From positions 40,257-104,256 of the forward strand of contig CBFGTS010000016.1 in the NCBI GenBank assembly GCA_965652295.1: a DNA stretch of 64,000 bases, given 5' to 3'. The position numbers were made by a program, and so were the translations under genes. Below the pieces are notes generated by a model that worked only from the letters and a program-made list of their open reading frames with translations, had not been told where the DNA came from and did not search any database. This document shows positions 22,401-30,732 of this stretch, piece by piece (the first letter of the stretch is position 1; the number at the start of each line of letters is the position of its first letter). The DNA is from an uncultured Haloferula sp. (lineage in GTDB: Bacteria > Verrucomicrobiota > Verrucomicrobiia > Verrucomicrobiales > Akkermansiaceae).

Positions 22401-23055
22401 CTCGGAGGTCACAAACTATGACCTCGCGATCGAGTATCTCTTGAATCCGAGCACCAGCGCGCGGGTCAGCTTTTTCCACAAGACCATCACGGCGCCGGTG
22501 ATTGAGCAGCGGTTGACCTCCGATTTCATCACCTATAGCAACGGGGAGGACAGCAGCCTGAGCGGCGTCGAGTTCGAGTTGGATATCCAGGATCTCGGCC
22601 CCTTCTCCCTCGGCGCGAATTTTACCTACATCAATGCGGAGCTGCTATATGAGGTGGAGAATCCGTCGACCGGTCTTGATGAGATCACCGCAGTCCAGTT
22701 CCCCTACCAGCCCGAGTGGCTCGCCAACTTCAATCTTGGGTATGAGCACGAAAAATGGGGCCTCGCTGTCAATCTGATCTATAACTTCACCGGGGCCTAC
22801 AACACGATCCTGCGGCGAACGGAGGCGGATCCGAATCTGGAGCAGCAGTCGACACAGTCGATCGACCTGGTGTTGCGAAAGACCTGGGAGGATGTGATGG
22901 GCGTGGAGTTCGAGCTGGGTGCGGGGGTGAAGAACCTGTTCGCGACGGACCGTGAACTGGTCTGGCGCGGCGGCGCGCCGACGATTGATGGCAGAACCCA
23001 TCGCACCATCGACGCGCAGCGAACCTACTTCGTTGAGATGAAGTGCTCGTTCTGA
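19462..23055 (+). CDS. TonB-dependent receptor with N-terminal carboxypeptidase-regulatory-like domain
   Basis: Signal peptide after MHALR (start uncertain); G.VSD..T.EPI.GA.VSV domain; plug motif SDAGEAL.KVSG...VVRGL.DRY..T.LNG; RPTFYE, GNP.LE, GVEFE, VKNLF; C-terminal Phe. Confidence 0.9.
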   Translation: MHALRFPLPTPAVLTRRLRKCIAVAAILSGLGGLVLPVSAEGLPQAAGVFTFEEFSSLLPQKDGSPRGVVRFETAAAGFLLADEESLPAWRYLRWTMPPGPWAGTTMDLVDASGIGLAPPEGGEDLEGPWVPGDVAQGPAPVAKGELAGNPLPIEQRAGTAVLEGEVSDVTTLEPIAGAIVSVTGTGREDETDAQGRFRITNLPEGNATVEALKLGYSTGTAAATLRNGTTAEVRIALRVKSQDTHEGEYMLAEESIVGEYNESNQGDFNLDLDLSTPTLRSGMTEEEFTKAAVSDAGEALEKVSGANVVDGAFAVVRGLADRYVTTTLNGGQISSAVPDRKAVRLDLFPTSAMRAIVVDKLYREPLLGDFGGAAIDLQTKIFPSEPVVDFKYKQEFNPSLPDYILLPNDSDLGYFSSLGGGRKINLDSLIGDNGFLIPGQPTKSAGAPPTVPEAQAAWLALFDSRDLRPSARRSRDEESFSATIGNTYSLSDDLKFGFLIAGGAKSEDSYNATEVLQVNGTTWDEEEFQRQYEWNLYAAAGLKFRDQHEITATYFRKNITQDNVTTARNIEDGEIYGTPEFFNATTRLYGAAATLRGNFEEIDPLEQDLELLQFAGKHQFGERGPTLKWAFTESDALEERPNYSLFQWTTLDFTDDQAFDLARGIENQRLFSQIARSFPDAPTFQSLDEAGEFLLSKGVPQASVTRALDAVLARYPVVDPSLGAIDTLALLAITQQAGPGNYSPRTTQKIEENTVDQRLDLDVPYYFSEDDETAGVRLNMGFSNVEKERTSQISIFDLIPEFQDAAGNNIYGLPEELLVQLGEEFVNNPQLLRDFITGYWAGSIYFNDNTLGNNLSPPAQLINNVEGSHKITSHYLGGEIFRDDWFLRGGVRYEKEERSAVILDPSPILPPEFQNLQPSNYEELLPTLTAGSNYFDGKVKLIAGWSRTAARPTFYEWLPTKSIDLSTGFIRQGNPFLENSEVTNYDLAIEYLLNPSTSARVSFFHKTITAPVIEQRLTSDFITYSNGEDSSLSGVEFELDIQDLGPFSLGANFTYINAELLYEVENPSTGLDEITAVQFPYQPEWLANFNLGYEHEKWGLAVNLIYNFTGAYNTILRRTEADPNLEQQSTQSIDLVLRKTWEDVMGVEFELGAGVKNLFATDRELVWRGGAPTIDGRTHRTIDAQRTYFVEMKCSF

Positions 23056-23070
23056 GCGGCGGATCGATGG

Positions 23071-23098
23071 GTGACGGAGGATGTGACGAATCCGTTTC
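23071..23098. promoter_or_regulatory. Candidate Pho-box-like site (GTGACG at 23071 and 23083)
   Basis: Same hexamer as the other island intergenic sites; spacing here is 12 bp. Confidence 0.35.
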
Positions 23099-23195
23099 AT
23101 CAAAGTGGTCTGCGGATGCCGGGGCGATTTCTAGGGTCCCTCGCCGCCCGATGAGAATCAGTGCGAAGGGTGGCAAATCTAGTCGTCTCCAACCT

Positions 23196-26100
23196 ATGAA
23201 ACAACATTACCCCATGAATCCTGCGTGGATCGCAGGTCTGCTTAGCCTCGGTGCGGTCGCCGCATCCCAGGCAGCGGATATTGACGTGGTCGCCACGCAA
23301 CTGGCTGCCACCGACAAAAATGGCATCAACTGGGGAACCCCCGTTCTCGCCACCGATACCACCTGGACCGCCGACAATATCTACATCCTGACGGATCGCG
23401 TGTATGTGACCGACGGTACGACGTTGACCATCGAGCCCGGCACCAGGATTTACAGCACCAATAGCGACCCGCTGAACACCCCAGGGGATCCGTCCGACGA
23501 CTCGGTGGGTTCGGTGATCATCTCCCGCGGTGCGAAGATCGAAGCTGCTGGCACCGCCAACGCGCCGATCATTTTTGACGCCATTGAAAATCTCGAAGCC
23601 GAGCGTGGCGTCGATCTCAACGGTGATTCGGTGGTGGCCTCCGCTCTTGGAGCCAGCGACACGGCGAAGTGGGGCGGCCTGATCGTTCTCGGCAACGCCT
23701 CAATCTCGCTGGTCAATACCAGCTCCCAGCCAGTCCGCAACGACGTGATTGAAGGCACGACTCCGGTGGGTTCACGCAATGCCGACAGCGACAACTTCAG
23801 CGACCTTCTGGAGTATGGTTACGACGGTCTGTTTCCTCAGGACGACGCGGATGACAGCGGCACGCTGCAATACATCTCGATTCGTCACGGTGGCTTCAAC
23901 CTGTCCGCCGACAACGAGATCAATGGCCTGACGCTGGGTGGCGTGGGTTCCGGCACGACGATCGATCACATCGAAGTCTTCGCCAACGAGGACGACGGCA
24001 TCGAGTTCTTCGGTGGCACGGTGAACTGCAGCCACCTTTCGGTTTCCTTCTGCAAGGACGACGGCATCGACATCGACCAAGGTTACAATGGCAACCTCCA
24101 GTTCGTGTTCGTGGTGCAGAATAACAACGGCGACAACCTCGGCGAGTGGGACGGCATCGACACCAACGACGGTGCGGCCAAGGTCGGCAACACCGCTGCT
24201 CTTCCTTCCTCCCCGCAAATCTGGAACGCGACCTTCGTCGGTGGTTCGGCTGCGAATGGACCGAAGGCGGGTGCGGGCAAGGACAACGGTCTTTACCTTG
24301 ACGACAACTTCAACGGTGCGCTGCGCAACTCGATCATCCACGACGTGATGGGTCACCTTGCGGAGTTCGCCGGTGACGGCCACTTCCAATCGACCGACGC
24401 GCAGACCGGGGACAATCCGGCGGCAGCCGCGACGGCCGGCTTCCAAAGCATCACGGTGGGCGCGATCGGTGCCGGCAGCACGACCTCGACGGTGGTGACC
24501 GGTGGCGGTCGTCCGTCGGACTTCTACTCCGAGGACTTCCTCGGTGATCTGGAGAACGACAACAGCGAGCCGGGCCAAGATCCGATGTTCACTCGTTACA
24601 CCCGTGACGGATCGAACAACGTGGTGTCCATCGATCCACGCCCGACGATGCTGAACACCAGCGTTCAAAGTGGTGCTCCGGTGGCGGCGAACTATCGCGG
24701 CGCGTTCGATTCGAGCGACCTCTGGATCGACAGCTGGACCGCGCTGTCCGAGTACGGCTTGCTCGATGAACCGGTCGTAGACGTGGTCGCCACCCAGCTG
24801 GCTGCCACCGACAAAAACGGTATCAATTGGGGGACTCCGGTTCTCGCCACCGATACCACCTGGACCGCCGACAATATCTACATCCTGACGGATCGCGTGT
24901 ATGTGACCGACGGTACGACGTTGACCATCGAGCCCGGCACCAGGATTTACAGCACCAATAGCGACCCGCTGAACACCCCAGGGGATCCGTCCGACGACTC
25001 GGTGGGTTCGGTGATCATCTCCCGCGGTGCGAAGATCGAAGCTGCTGGCACCGCCAACGCGCCGATCATTTTTGACGCCATTGAAAATCTCGAAGCCGAG
25101 CGTGGCGTCGATCTCAACGGTGATTCGGTGGTGGCCTCCGCTCTTGGAGCCAGCGACACGGCGAAGTGGGGCGGCCTGATCGTTCTCGGCAACGCCTCAA
25201 TCTCGCTGGTCAATACCAGCTCCCAGCCAGTCCGCAACGACGTGATTGAAGGCACGACTCCGGTGGGTTCACGCAATGCCGACAGCGACAACTTCAGCGA
25301 CCTTCTGGAGTATGGTTACGACGGTCTGTTTCCTCAGGACGACGCGGATGACAGCGGCACGCTGCAATACATCTCGATTCGTCACGGTGGCTTCAACCTG
25401 TCCGCCGACAACGAGATCAATGGCCTGACGCTGGGTGGCGTGGGTTCCGGCACGACGATCGATCACATCGAAGTCTTCGCCAACGAGGACGACGGCATCG
25501 AGTTCTTCGGTGGCACGGTGAACTGCAGCCACCTTTCGGTTTCCTTCTGCAAGGACGACGGCATCGACATCGACCAAGGTTACAATGGCAACCTCCAGTT
25601 CGTGTTCGTGGTGCAGAATAACAACGGCGACAACCTCGGCGAGTGGGACGGCATCGACACCAACGACGGTGCGGCCAAGGTCGGCAACACCGCTGCTCTT
25701 CCTTCCTCCCCGCAAATCTGGAACGCGACCTTCGTCGGTGGTTCGGCTGCGAATGGACCGAAGGCGGGTGCGGGCAAGGACAACGGTCTTTACCTTGACG
25801 ACAACTTCAACGGTGCGCTGCGCAACTCGATCATCCACGACGTGATGGGTCACCTTGCGGAGTTCGCCGGTGACGGCCACTTCCAATCGACCGACGCGCA
25901 GACCGGGGACAATCCGGCGGCAGCCGCGACGGCCGGCTTCCAAAGCATCACGGTGGGCGCGATCGGTGCCGGCAGCACGACCTCGACGGTGGTGACCGGT
26001 GGCGGTCGTCCGTCGGACTTCTACTCCGAGGACTTCCTCGGTGATCTGGAGAACGACAACAGCGAGCCGGGTCAGGACCCGATGTTCGCCAGCTACACCC

Positions 26101-26648
26101 GTGACGGGTCAAACAACGTGGTTTCCATCGACCCACGCCCGACGACGCTGAACACCAGCGTTCAAAGCGGAGCGCCGGTGACGGCGAATTACCGTGGTGC
26201 GTTCGATTCGAGCGATCTCTGGATCGACAGCTGGACCGCACTCTCGGCCTACGGTTACCTGATGGCACCAGCGACCGATACCGACGGCGACGGTCTCTCC
26301 GACGACGACGAGACCAACGTCCACGGCACCGATCCGAACCTTGCCGACACCGATGGCGACGGCATCAACGACGGCGTCGAGGTGACGTATGCCTCGCTCG
26401 GCTTCGATCCGACCGTGGCCGACGCGGCCAGCGTCTTCGGAGGCCTCTACACCGAGTCGTCGATCCAGGATCTCGCCACCGCTGGGCAGGTGATCATCCA
26501 GGCCAACGGCGCGAACGTGGACCTGACCCTCCCGGTCTACACCTCGGAGGACCTCAGCACCTGGACGCCGGCCGGTGACCTGGAGCTGACGATTCCCAAG
26601 GACGGCGACAAGCAGTTCTACCGCATCGAAGTCAGTGGCGCTGAATAA
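23196..26648 (+). CDS. Large secreted surface protein: two ~499-aa beta-helix-like domains, TSP3-like Ca-binding repeats and a C-terminal ...FYRIE tail
   Basis: Signal peptide; the family motif WGGLIVLGNA...DDSGTLQYISIRHGG...NEINGLTLGGVGSGTTIDHIEV...DDGIEFFGGTVN occurs twice; DTDGDGLSD..E...GTDP..ADTDGDG.NDG.E; SEDLSTW...QFYRIEV. Confidence 0.8.
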   Translation: MKQHYPMNPAWIAGLLSLGAVAASQAADIDVVATQLAATDKNGINWGTPVLATDTTWTADNIYILTDRVYVTDGTTLTIEPGTRIYSTNSDPLNTPGDPSDDSVGSVIISRGAKIEAAGTANAPIIFDAIENLEAERGVDLNGDSVVASALGASDTAKWGGLIVLGNASISLVNTSSQPVRNDVIEGTTPVGSRNADSDNFSDLLEYGYDGLFPQDDADDSGTLQYISIRHGGFNLSADNEINGLTLGGVGSGTTIDHIEVFANEDDGIEFFGGTVNCSHLSVSFCKDDGIDIDQGYNGNLQFVFVVQNNNGDNLGEWDGIDTNDGAAKVGNTAALPSSPQIWNATFVGGSAANGPKAGAGKDNGLYLDDNFNGALRNSIIHDVMGHLAEFAGDGHFQSTDAQTGDNPAAAATAGFQSITVGAIGAGSTTSTVVTGGGRPSDFYSEDFLGDLENDNSEPGQDPMFTRYTRDGSNNVVSIDPRPTMLNTSVQSGAPVAANYRGAFDSSDLWIDSWTALSEYGLLDEPVVDVVATQLAATDKNGINWGTPVLATDTTWTADNIYILTDRVYVTDGTTLTIEPGTRIYSTNSDPLNTPGDPSDDSVGSVIISRGAKIEAAGTANAPIIFDAIENLEAERGVDLNGDSVVASALGASDTAKWGGLIVLGNASISLVNTSSQPVRNDVIEGTTPVGSRNADSDNFSDLLEYGYDGLFPQDDADDSGTLQYISIRHGGFNLSADNEINGLTLGGVGSGTTIDHIEVFANEDDGIEFFGGTVNCSHLSVSFCKDDGIDIDQGYNGNLQFVFVVQNNNGDNLGEWDGIDTNDGAAKVGNTAALPSSPQIWNATFVGGSAANGPKAGAGKDNGLYLDDNFNGALRNSIIHDVMGHLAEFAGDGHFQSTDAQTGDNPAAAATAGFQSITVGAIGAGSTTSTVVTGGGRPSDFYSEDFLGDLENDNSEPGQDPMFASYTRDGSNNVVSIDPRPTTLNTSVQSGAPVTANYRGAFDSSDLWIDSWTALSAYGYLMAPATDTDGDGLSDDDETNVHGTDPNLADTDGDGINDGVEVTYASLGFDPTVADAASVFGGLYTESSIQDLATAGQVIIQANGANVDLTLPVYTSEDLSTWTPAGDLELTIPKDGDKQFYRIEVSGAE
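23283..26254 (+). repeat. Intragenic tandem duplication, period 1497 bp (23283-24757 / 24780-26254)
   Basis: Direct comparison of several segments; alternative-frame ORFs in the two copies translate identically (114, 60, 67 and 86 aa ORFs offset by 1497). Confidence 0.97.
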
Positions 26649-26673
26649 TCTCCCGTAGTTCGCATCTCCTCCC

Positions 26674-26706
26674 AAAGCCGTCCGGGTTCGTCCCGGGCGG
26701 CTTTTT
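26674..26706 (+). terminator. Rho-independent terminator
   Basis: AAAGCCGTCCGGG-TTCGT-CCCGGGCGGCTTTTT directly after the surface-protein gene. Confidence 0.85.
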
Positions 26707-26710
26707 GCTT

Positions 26711-26762
26711 TGTGACGAAACTCCCGGAGATCCGTCACCTCTCTCTGACGAAAGCGTCACAT
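26711..26762. promoter_or_regulatory. Candidate Pho-box-like site upstream of the TonB operon
   Basis: CGTCAC at 26733 and 26755 (22 bp apart); GTGACG/CTGACG at 26712 and 26745 (33 bp apart); CTGACG-AAAG-CGTCACAT. Confidence 0.55.
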
Positions 26763-26820
26763 CGAACCCGTGGGCAAAGCGGCGGGCGGGAGGTTTGATT
26801 CGCCCGCTTTGCGACGAGCC

Positions 26821-27606
26821 ATGCGTATCCCCATCCTTTCCCTCATCCTCGTGCCGTTGTTCGCGGCTCGGGCCTTCAGCCAGGAAGCCGATCTTTCCGA
26901 GACGGCCAAGCTCAAGGAATCGGTCCGCGAGTGGATCGAAACCATGCGCGAGATCCAGATCGAGGAAACCACCTGGGAGCGCGACCGGGAGCTGTTGGAA
27001 GGCCAGCGGGAATCGCTGGACAGCGAAATCTCTGACCTGAAGAAACGTCTCGAAGACGCTCGCGAGGAGAAGTCCGGAGCGGACCAGCAATCGGTGGAGG
27101 AAGTCGCCCGCCGCGACGCGCTGGTGAAGGCGGACGAGAAGCTCGCCGCCGAGGTTCGGGAGCTGGAGAAAGGTCTCGTCGCCCGTTTGTCATCCTTTCC
27201 ACCGCCGCTCGCGGAGGACCCGCGGATCAAGGAACTGATGGAGCAGGTGCGGAAGGACGTGACGGTGACGGGCGAGGAAGCGGGAAAGAACCTCACCAAG
27301 CGGCTGAACAACGTGCTGAACCTGCTCACCGAGGCGGAGAAATGGCAGCAGGCGGTGCATTTGCGCGAGGAACTCCGGACGGCGGACGATGGCCGCAAGT
27401 TCAACATGCAGGTGATCTACTATGGTCTTGGTAGTGCGTATGCGGTCAACGAGGCCGGTGACTACGCGCTGGTGGGCACGGCCGGCGAGTCCGGATGGAT
27501 TTTCGAGCCGCGAAACGAACTCGCCCCGCAGATCCGGGAAATGGTCTCGGTGCTGACCGGCGACGCCGAGGCGCGCTTCACCACTCTTCCTCTTTCTCTC
27601 CCATGA
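26821..27606 (+). CDS. DUF3450 family coiled-coil periplasmic protein (TtpB-like)
   Basis: Signal peptide, long coiled coil, C-terminal ..IYYGLG.AYAV...G.W...A..I...LP; first gene of the TonB operon. Confidence 0.7.
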   Translation: MRIPILSLILVPLFAARAFSQEADLSETAKLKESVREWIETMREIQIEETTWERDRELLEGQRESLDSEISDLKKRLEDAREEKSGADQQSVEEVARRDALVKADEKLAAEVRELEKGLVARLSSFPPPLAEDPRIKELMEQVRKDVTVTGEEAGKNLTKRLNNVLNLLTEAEKWQQAVHLREELRTADDGRKFNMQVIYYGLGSAYAVNEAGDYALVGTAGESGWIFEPRNELAPQIREMVSVLTGDAEARFTTLPLSLP

Positions 27607-29045
27607 AACTCCGGATTCCCCTGATCTCGCTGGGCCTCATCGGCGCGGTGGCGGCCCAGACGACTTCCGAGCAGCAGCTCGCCGAGGCTCGTGACGAACT
27701 GAAAAAGACGCGCGCGGAATACACCGCGATGCGGACGGACCTTTTCCGCCAGATCAACAAACTGGACGACGAGGCGCTGGAGCTGGGTCGCGAGCTGCGG
27801 GCGCTGGAGCGGGAGGCCGAGCTGCGGAACAACCGTGAGCAGGCGCTGAAGCGTGAGATCGAGGGCCGCGAGGCTGGGTTCAACTATACGACCGGTATTC
27901 TCAACCAGTATGGCGACGCGTTCCTCACCCGCCTCCATCCGGCGGAAAACCAGCTCTACAAGAGCCGGATCGATGACGCCGCGGCGAAGGCGACGGCCGC
28001 CGGCGAGGACCTGATGTCGGAGCTCGACCAGCGGCTCGTGGCCGCCCGCACCGGTCTTGAGCGTCTTGGCAACGTGATCGGCGGTCATCGCTTCGAGGGC
28101 GAGGGTCTGCGCAATGGCAGTGAGGCGATCCGGGGCAAGTTCCTCGTGCTCGGCCCGTCCGTTTACATGGCGGAATCGGACGGTGGCTTCGAGGGCGTGG
28201 CGACCTTCGCCGCCGGCGGCACCGCCTTGCCGACGGTCGTCGCCCTTCAGGATGTGCCGGAGAGCGCGATCGCCGAGGTGATTCAAACCGGCTCCGGCGG
28301 GCTTCCGTATGATCCGACCATGGGCAAGGCGATCGAGGTGCAGGCCGCGGAGGAGTCCATCGGCGAGACGATCGAAAAGGGCGGCATCGTCGGCCACGCG
28401 ATCCTGCTTCTGGGCGCGGTCGCGATTGGTCTGACCCTCTTCAAGGTCCTCGAGATCACCCGTTTCCCGGTGCCTTCGCGTCGGCTGGTCAACGAGATCC
28501 TCGACGACCTGCTGGCCGATCGCCAGGACGCCGCCGCGAAGAAAGCCGCGACTGTTCCCGGCATGGCCGGCGCGTTGGTCCGCACCGGAGTGGAGCGTTT
28601 CTACGAGAAACGCCGCGTGCTGGAAGAGGCGCTGTTCGAAAAGCTGGTGTGCATCAAGCCGCGGCTCGAGCGCTTCCTGCCGTTCCTCGGGCTCACAGCT
28701 GCGGCGGCTCCGCTGATGGGTCTGCTCGGCACCGTGCTCGGCATCATCAAGACCTTCAAGGCAATGGCTCTCTACGGCTCCGGCAACCAGAAGGCCTTCA
28801 CGCAGGGCATTTCCGAGGCGCTCATCACCACGGCCGAGGGTCTGGTGGTCGCGATCCCGGTGCTGGTGCTCCACGGCCTGATGAAAAGTCTCGCCCGCGG
28901 CAAGTTCTCCGAGATCGAGGGCGTGGCCATCTCGCTGATGAACGGGACGACCGAACTCGAGCGCTCCGCCGATGCCAAGGCGGGAGCCGCGACCCGCGAG
29001 GACGAAGGCGACGGCGACTCCGAACTGCTTCCCAACCCCGCCTGA
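27603..29045 (+). CDS. Large MotA/TolQ/ExbB family protein (TtpC-like)
   Basis: Signal peptide, coiled coil, DPTMG motif, then ExbB TM motifs AAPLMGLLGTVLGII..F and GISEALITTAEGLVVAIP. Confidence 0.85.
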   Translation: MKLRIPLISLGLIGAVAAQTTSEQQLAEARDELKKTRAEYTAMRTDLFRQINKLDDEALELGRELRALEREAELRNNREQALKREIEGREAGFNYTTGILNQYGDAFLTRLHPAENQLYKSRIDDAAAKATAAGEDLMSELDQRLVAARTGLERLGNVIGGHRFEGEGLRNGSEAIRGKFLVLGPSVYMAESDGGFEGVATFAAGGTALPTVVALQDVPESAIAEVIQTGSGGLPYDPTMGKAIEVQAAEESIGETIEKGGIVGHAILLLGAVAIGLTLFKVLEITRFPVPSRRLVNEILDDLLADRQDAAAKKAATVPGMAGALVRTGVERFYEKRRVLEEALFEKLVCIKPRLERFLPFLGLTAAAAPLMGLLGTVLGIIKTFKAMALYGSGNQKAFTQGISEALITTAEGLVVAIPVLVLHGLMKSLARGKFSEIEGVAISLMNGTTELERSADAKAGAATREDEGDGDSELLPNPA

Positions 29046-29051
29046 CGAGCC

Positions 29052-29654
29052 ATGCTGTCGCTTTTCCGTGACGCCCTTCAGACCTTCCTCACCGGCGGAG
29101 GGATCATGTACATGCTCGGCAGCGTGGCCTTCATCCTTTACGCCACGGCCTTCGCCGCGCTGGCCTATGTTTCCCGGGGAAACCTGAACGACAAACAGTC
29201 GGCCGACTGGCCCCAGTGGCTCCGCGATCCGGAGAAGGCTCCGGGACGCCTCGGCGAGGCGCTGCGCTACGTGGTCCACGGCGATCGACTTACGATCAAG
29301 ATCGTGCAACGCCGCATGTCCGAGGTGCGCACCAACGTCGTGTCCGCCATCGACCGCCGCCTGCTGGTCGTCAACACCCTCACCGCCGCCGCGCCGCTGG
29401 CCGGGCTGCTGGGCACCGTGATGGGGATGCTGGCGATGTTTTCCGGCCTCGCCCAGGGCAAGGGGCAGGCGGGCATGCAGGCCGTGGCCAATGGCATGCA
29501 GGAGGCGCTCATCACCACCCAGACCGGCCTCACCATCGCGCTGCCCGGGCTTTTCATCGCGCTCATCGTGAAGGGCAAGCGCGATGCGGTCGCGGCCGCC
29601 CTGGCACGGCTCGAATCCCTCATTCTCACCACGCGCTTCCACCGCGAACACTGA
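29052..29654 (+). CDS. exbB: ExbB/MotA/TolQ proton channel
   Basis: APLAGLLGTVMGM..MF and G..EALITTQTGL.IALP. Confidence 0.88.
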   Translation: MLSLFRDALQTFLTGGGIMYMLGSVAFILYATAFAALAYVSRGNLNDKQSADWPQWLRDPEKAPGRLGEALRYVVHGDRLTIKIVQRRMSEVRTNVVSAIDRRLLVVNTLTAAAPLAGLLGTVMGMLAMFSGLAQGKGQAGMQAVANGMQEALITTQTGLTIALPGLFIALIVKGKRDAVAAALARLESLILTTRFHREH

Positions 29655-29660
29655 TCCGCC

Positions 29661-30071
29661 ATGTTTGGAAAATCCCTTGGAGACGAAGGCGACGACGAGG
29701 TCCACATCGACCTCTCGCCGATGATCGACTGCATTTTCATCCTGCTCATCTTCTTCATCGTCTCGACAGTCTTCGTCGAGGAAACGGGCGTGAAGGTGAA
29801 CAAGCCGGATGTCGGAGCCGCGGCCAGCGCGCTGGACAGCAACTCGATCCTGCTGGCGGTGACCAAGGACGACAAGGTGTTCTACGGCGGCGAAAGCATC
29901 GGCATCCAGGGGATCATCGGAAAGATCAAGCCGCTGCTGGCGGAGACGCCGGACATGCCGGTGATCATCCAGGGCGACAAGGACGCCACCCACGGCACCG
30001 TCCAGCGGGTCCACGGTCAGGCGATGCTCGCCGGTGCCCAGAAGGAGAAGATCTCCGTTTCTACCAAATAG
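29661..30071 (+). CDS. exbD: ExbD/TolR
   Basis: [23 protein letters not shown] and VIIQGD. Confidence 0.92.
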   Translation: MFGKSLGDEGDDEVHIDLSPMIDCIFILLIFFIVSTVFVEETGVKVNKPDVGAAASALDSNSILLAVTKDDKVFYGGESIGIQGIIGKIKPLLAETPDMPVIIQGDKDATHGTVQRVHGQAMLAGAQKEKISVSTK

Positions 30072-30078
30072 ACCGTAG

Positions 30079-30732
30079 ATGGCGAAGAAACTCCACGTAT
30101 ATCGGCCTCCGCGCGGGCGCTTCACCGGGATCTTCGCGATCCTCGGCGGCGTCGTCGCGACCATTGCCGTGTTCGTGGTCATCCCGCTTTCGCAGCGCCT
30201 GGCGGAGACGCTTTCTCCGCCGGTCGCAGCGCCGCCGGAGGTGGCCGTGGAGCCGCCGGAGGATTTCAACGTGGAACTTGAGGAGCCGCCGGAAGAGGTC
30301 GAGGAAACCCCTCCGGAGGAGCCGATGGAAGAACCGGCGAACCTCGACCTCGGGCTGGATCTCGGGGATCTCTCGGTGGGAACCGGCGGATCGTTCATCG
30401 TCGAGATTCCGAAGTTCGCGATGGCGGGAGGCGATGATCCCTTTGGAAGCGGCGATCTCGACAGCCCGCCGCAGCCGGTCACGAAATCCCAGCCCGTCTA
30501 TCCCAGCAAGCTGCTGAGCAAAGGCATCGGCGGCAAGGTGGTGGTGGCCGTGACGGTCGCCGCCGACGGCAAGGTGGCGGGCGCGAAGGTCCGCGATTCG
30601 TCCGGCAACCGCGATCTCGATGCGGCCGCGCTCAAGGCGGTGCGGAAGTGGAAGTTCAGGCCCGCCGTCAGCGGCGGAAGGAAGATTCAGGCCACGGCTT
30701 TGGTGCCGTTCAACTTTGAAGTGAAGCGATGA
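30079..30732 (+). CDS. tonB: Energy transducer TonB
   Basis: N-terminal TM, Pro/Glu-rich spacer, C-terminal P.YP....GI.G.V.V...DG.V...LD.AA..AV.KWKF.PA. Confidence 0.92.
   Translation: MAKKLHVYRPPRGRFTGIFAILGGVVATIAVFVVIPLSQRLAETLSPPVAAPPEVAVEPPEDFNVELEEPPEEVEETPPEEPMEEPANLDLGLDLGDLSVGTGGSFIVEIPKFAMAGGDDPFGSGDLDSPPQPVTKSQPVYPSKLLSKGIGGKVVVAVTVAADGKVAGAKVRDSSGNRDLDAAALKAVRKWKFRPAVSGGRKIQATALVPFNFEVKR

Noticed and set aside
23283..26254. Duplication as an IS, CRISPR or diversity-generating retroelement TR/VR pair
   Set aside because: It is an in-frame coding repeat; differences are mostly synonymous and not adenine-specific; no reverse transcriptase, transposase or spacers.
27462..30482. 1006-aa minus-strand ORF
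   Set aside because: Antisense shadow of ttpC-exbB-exbD-tonB, expected at high GC; no motifs.
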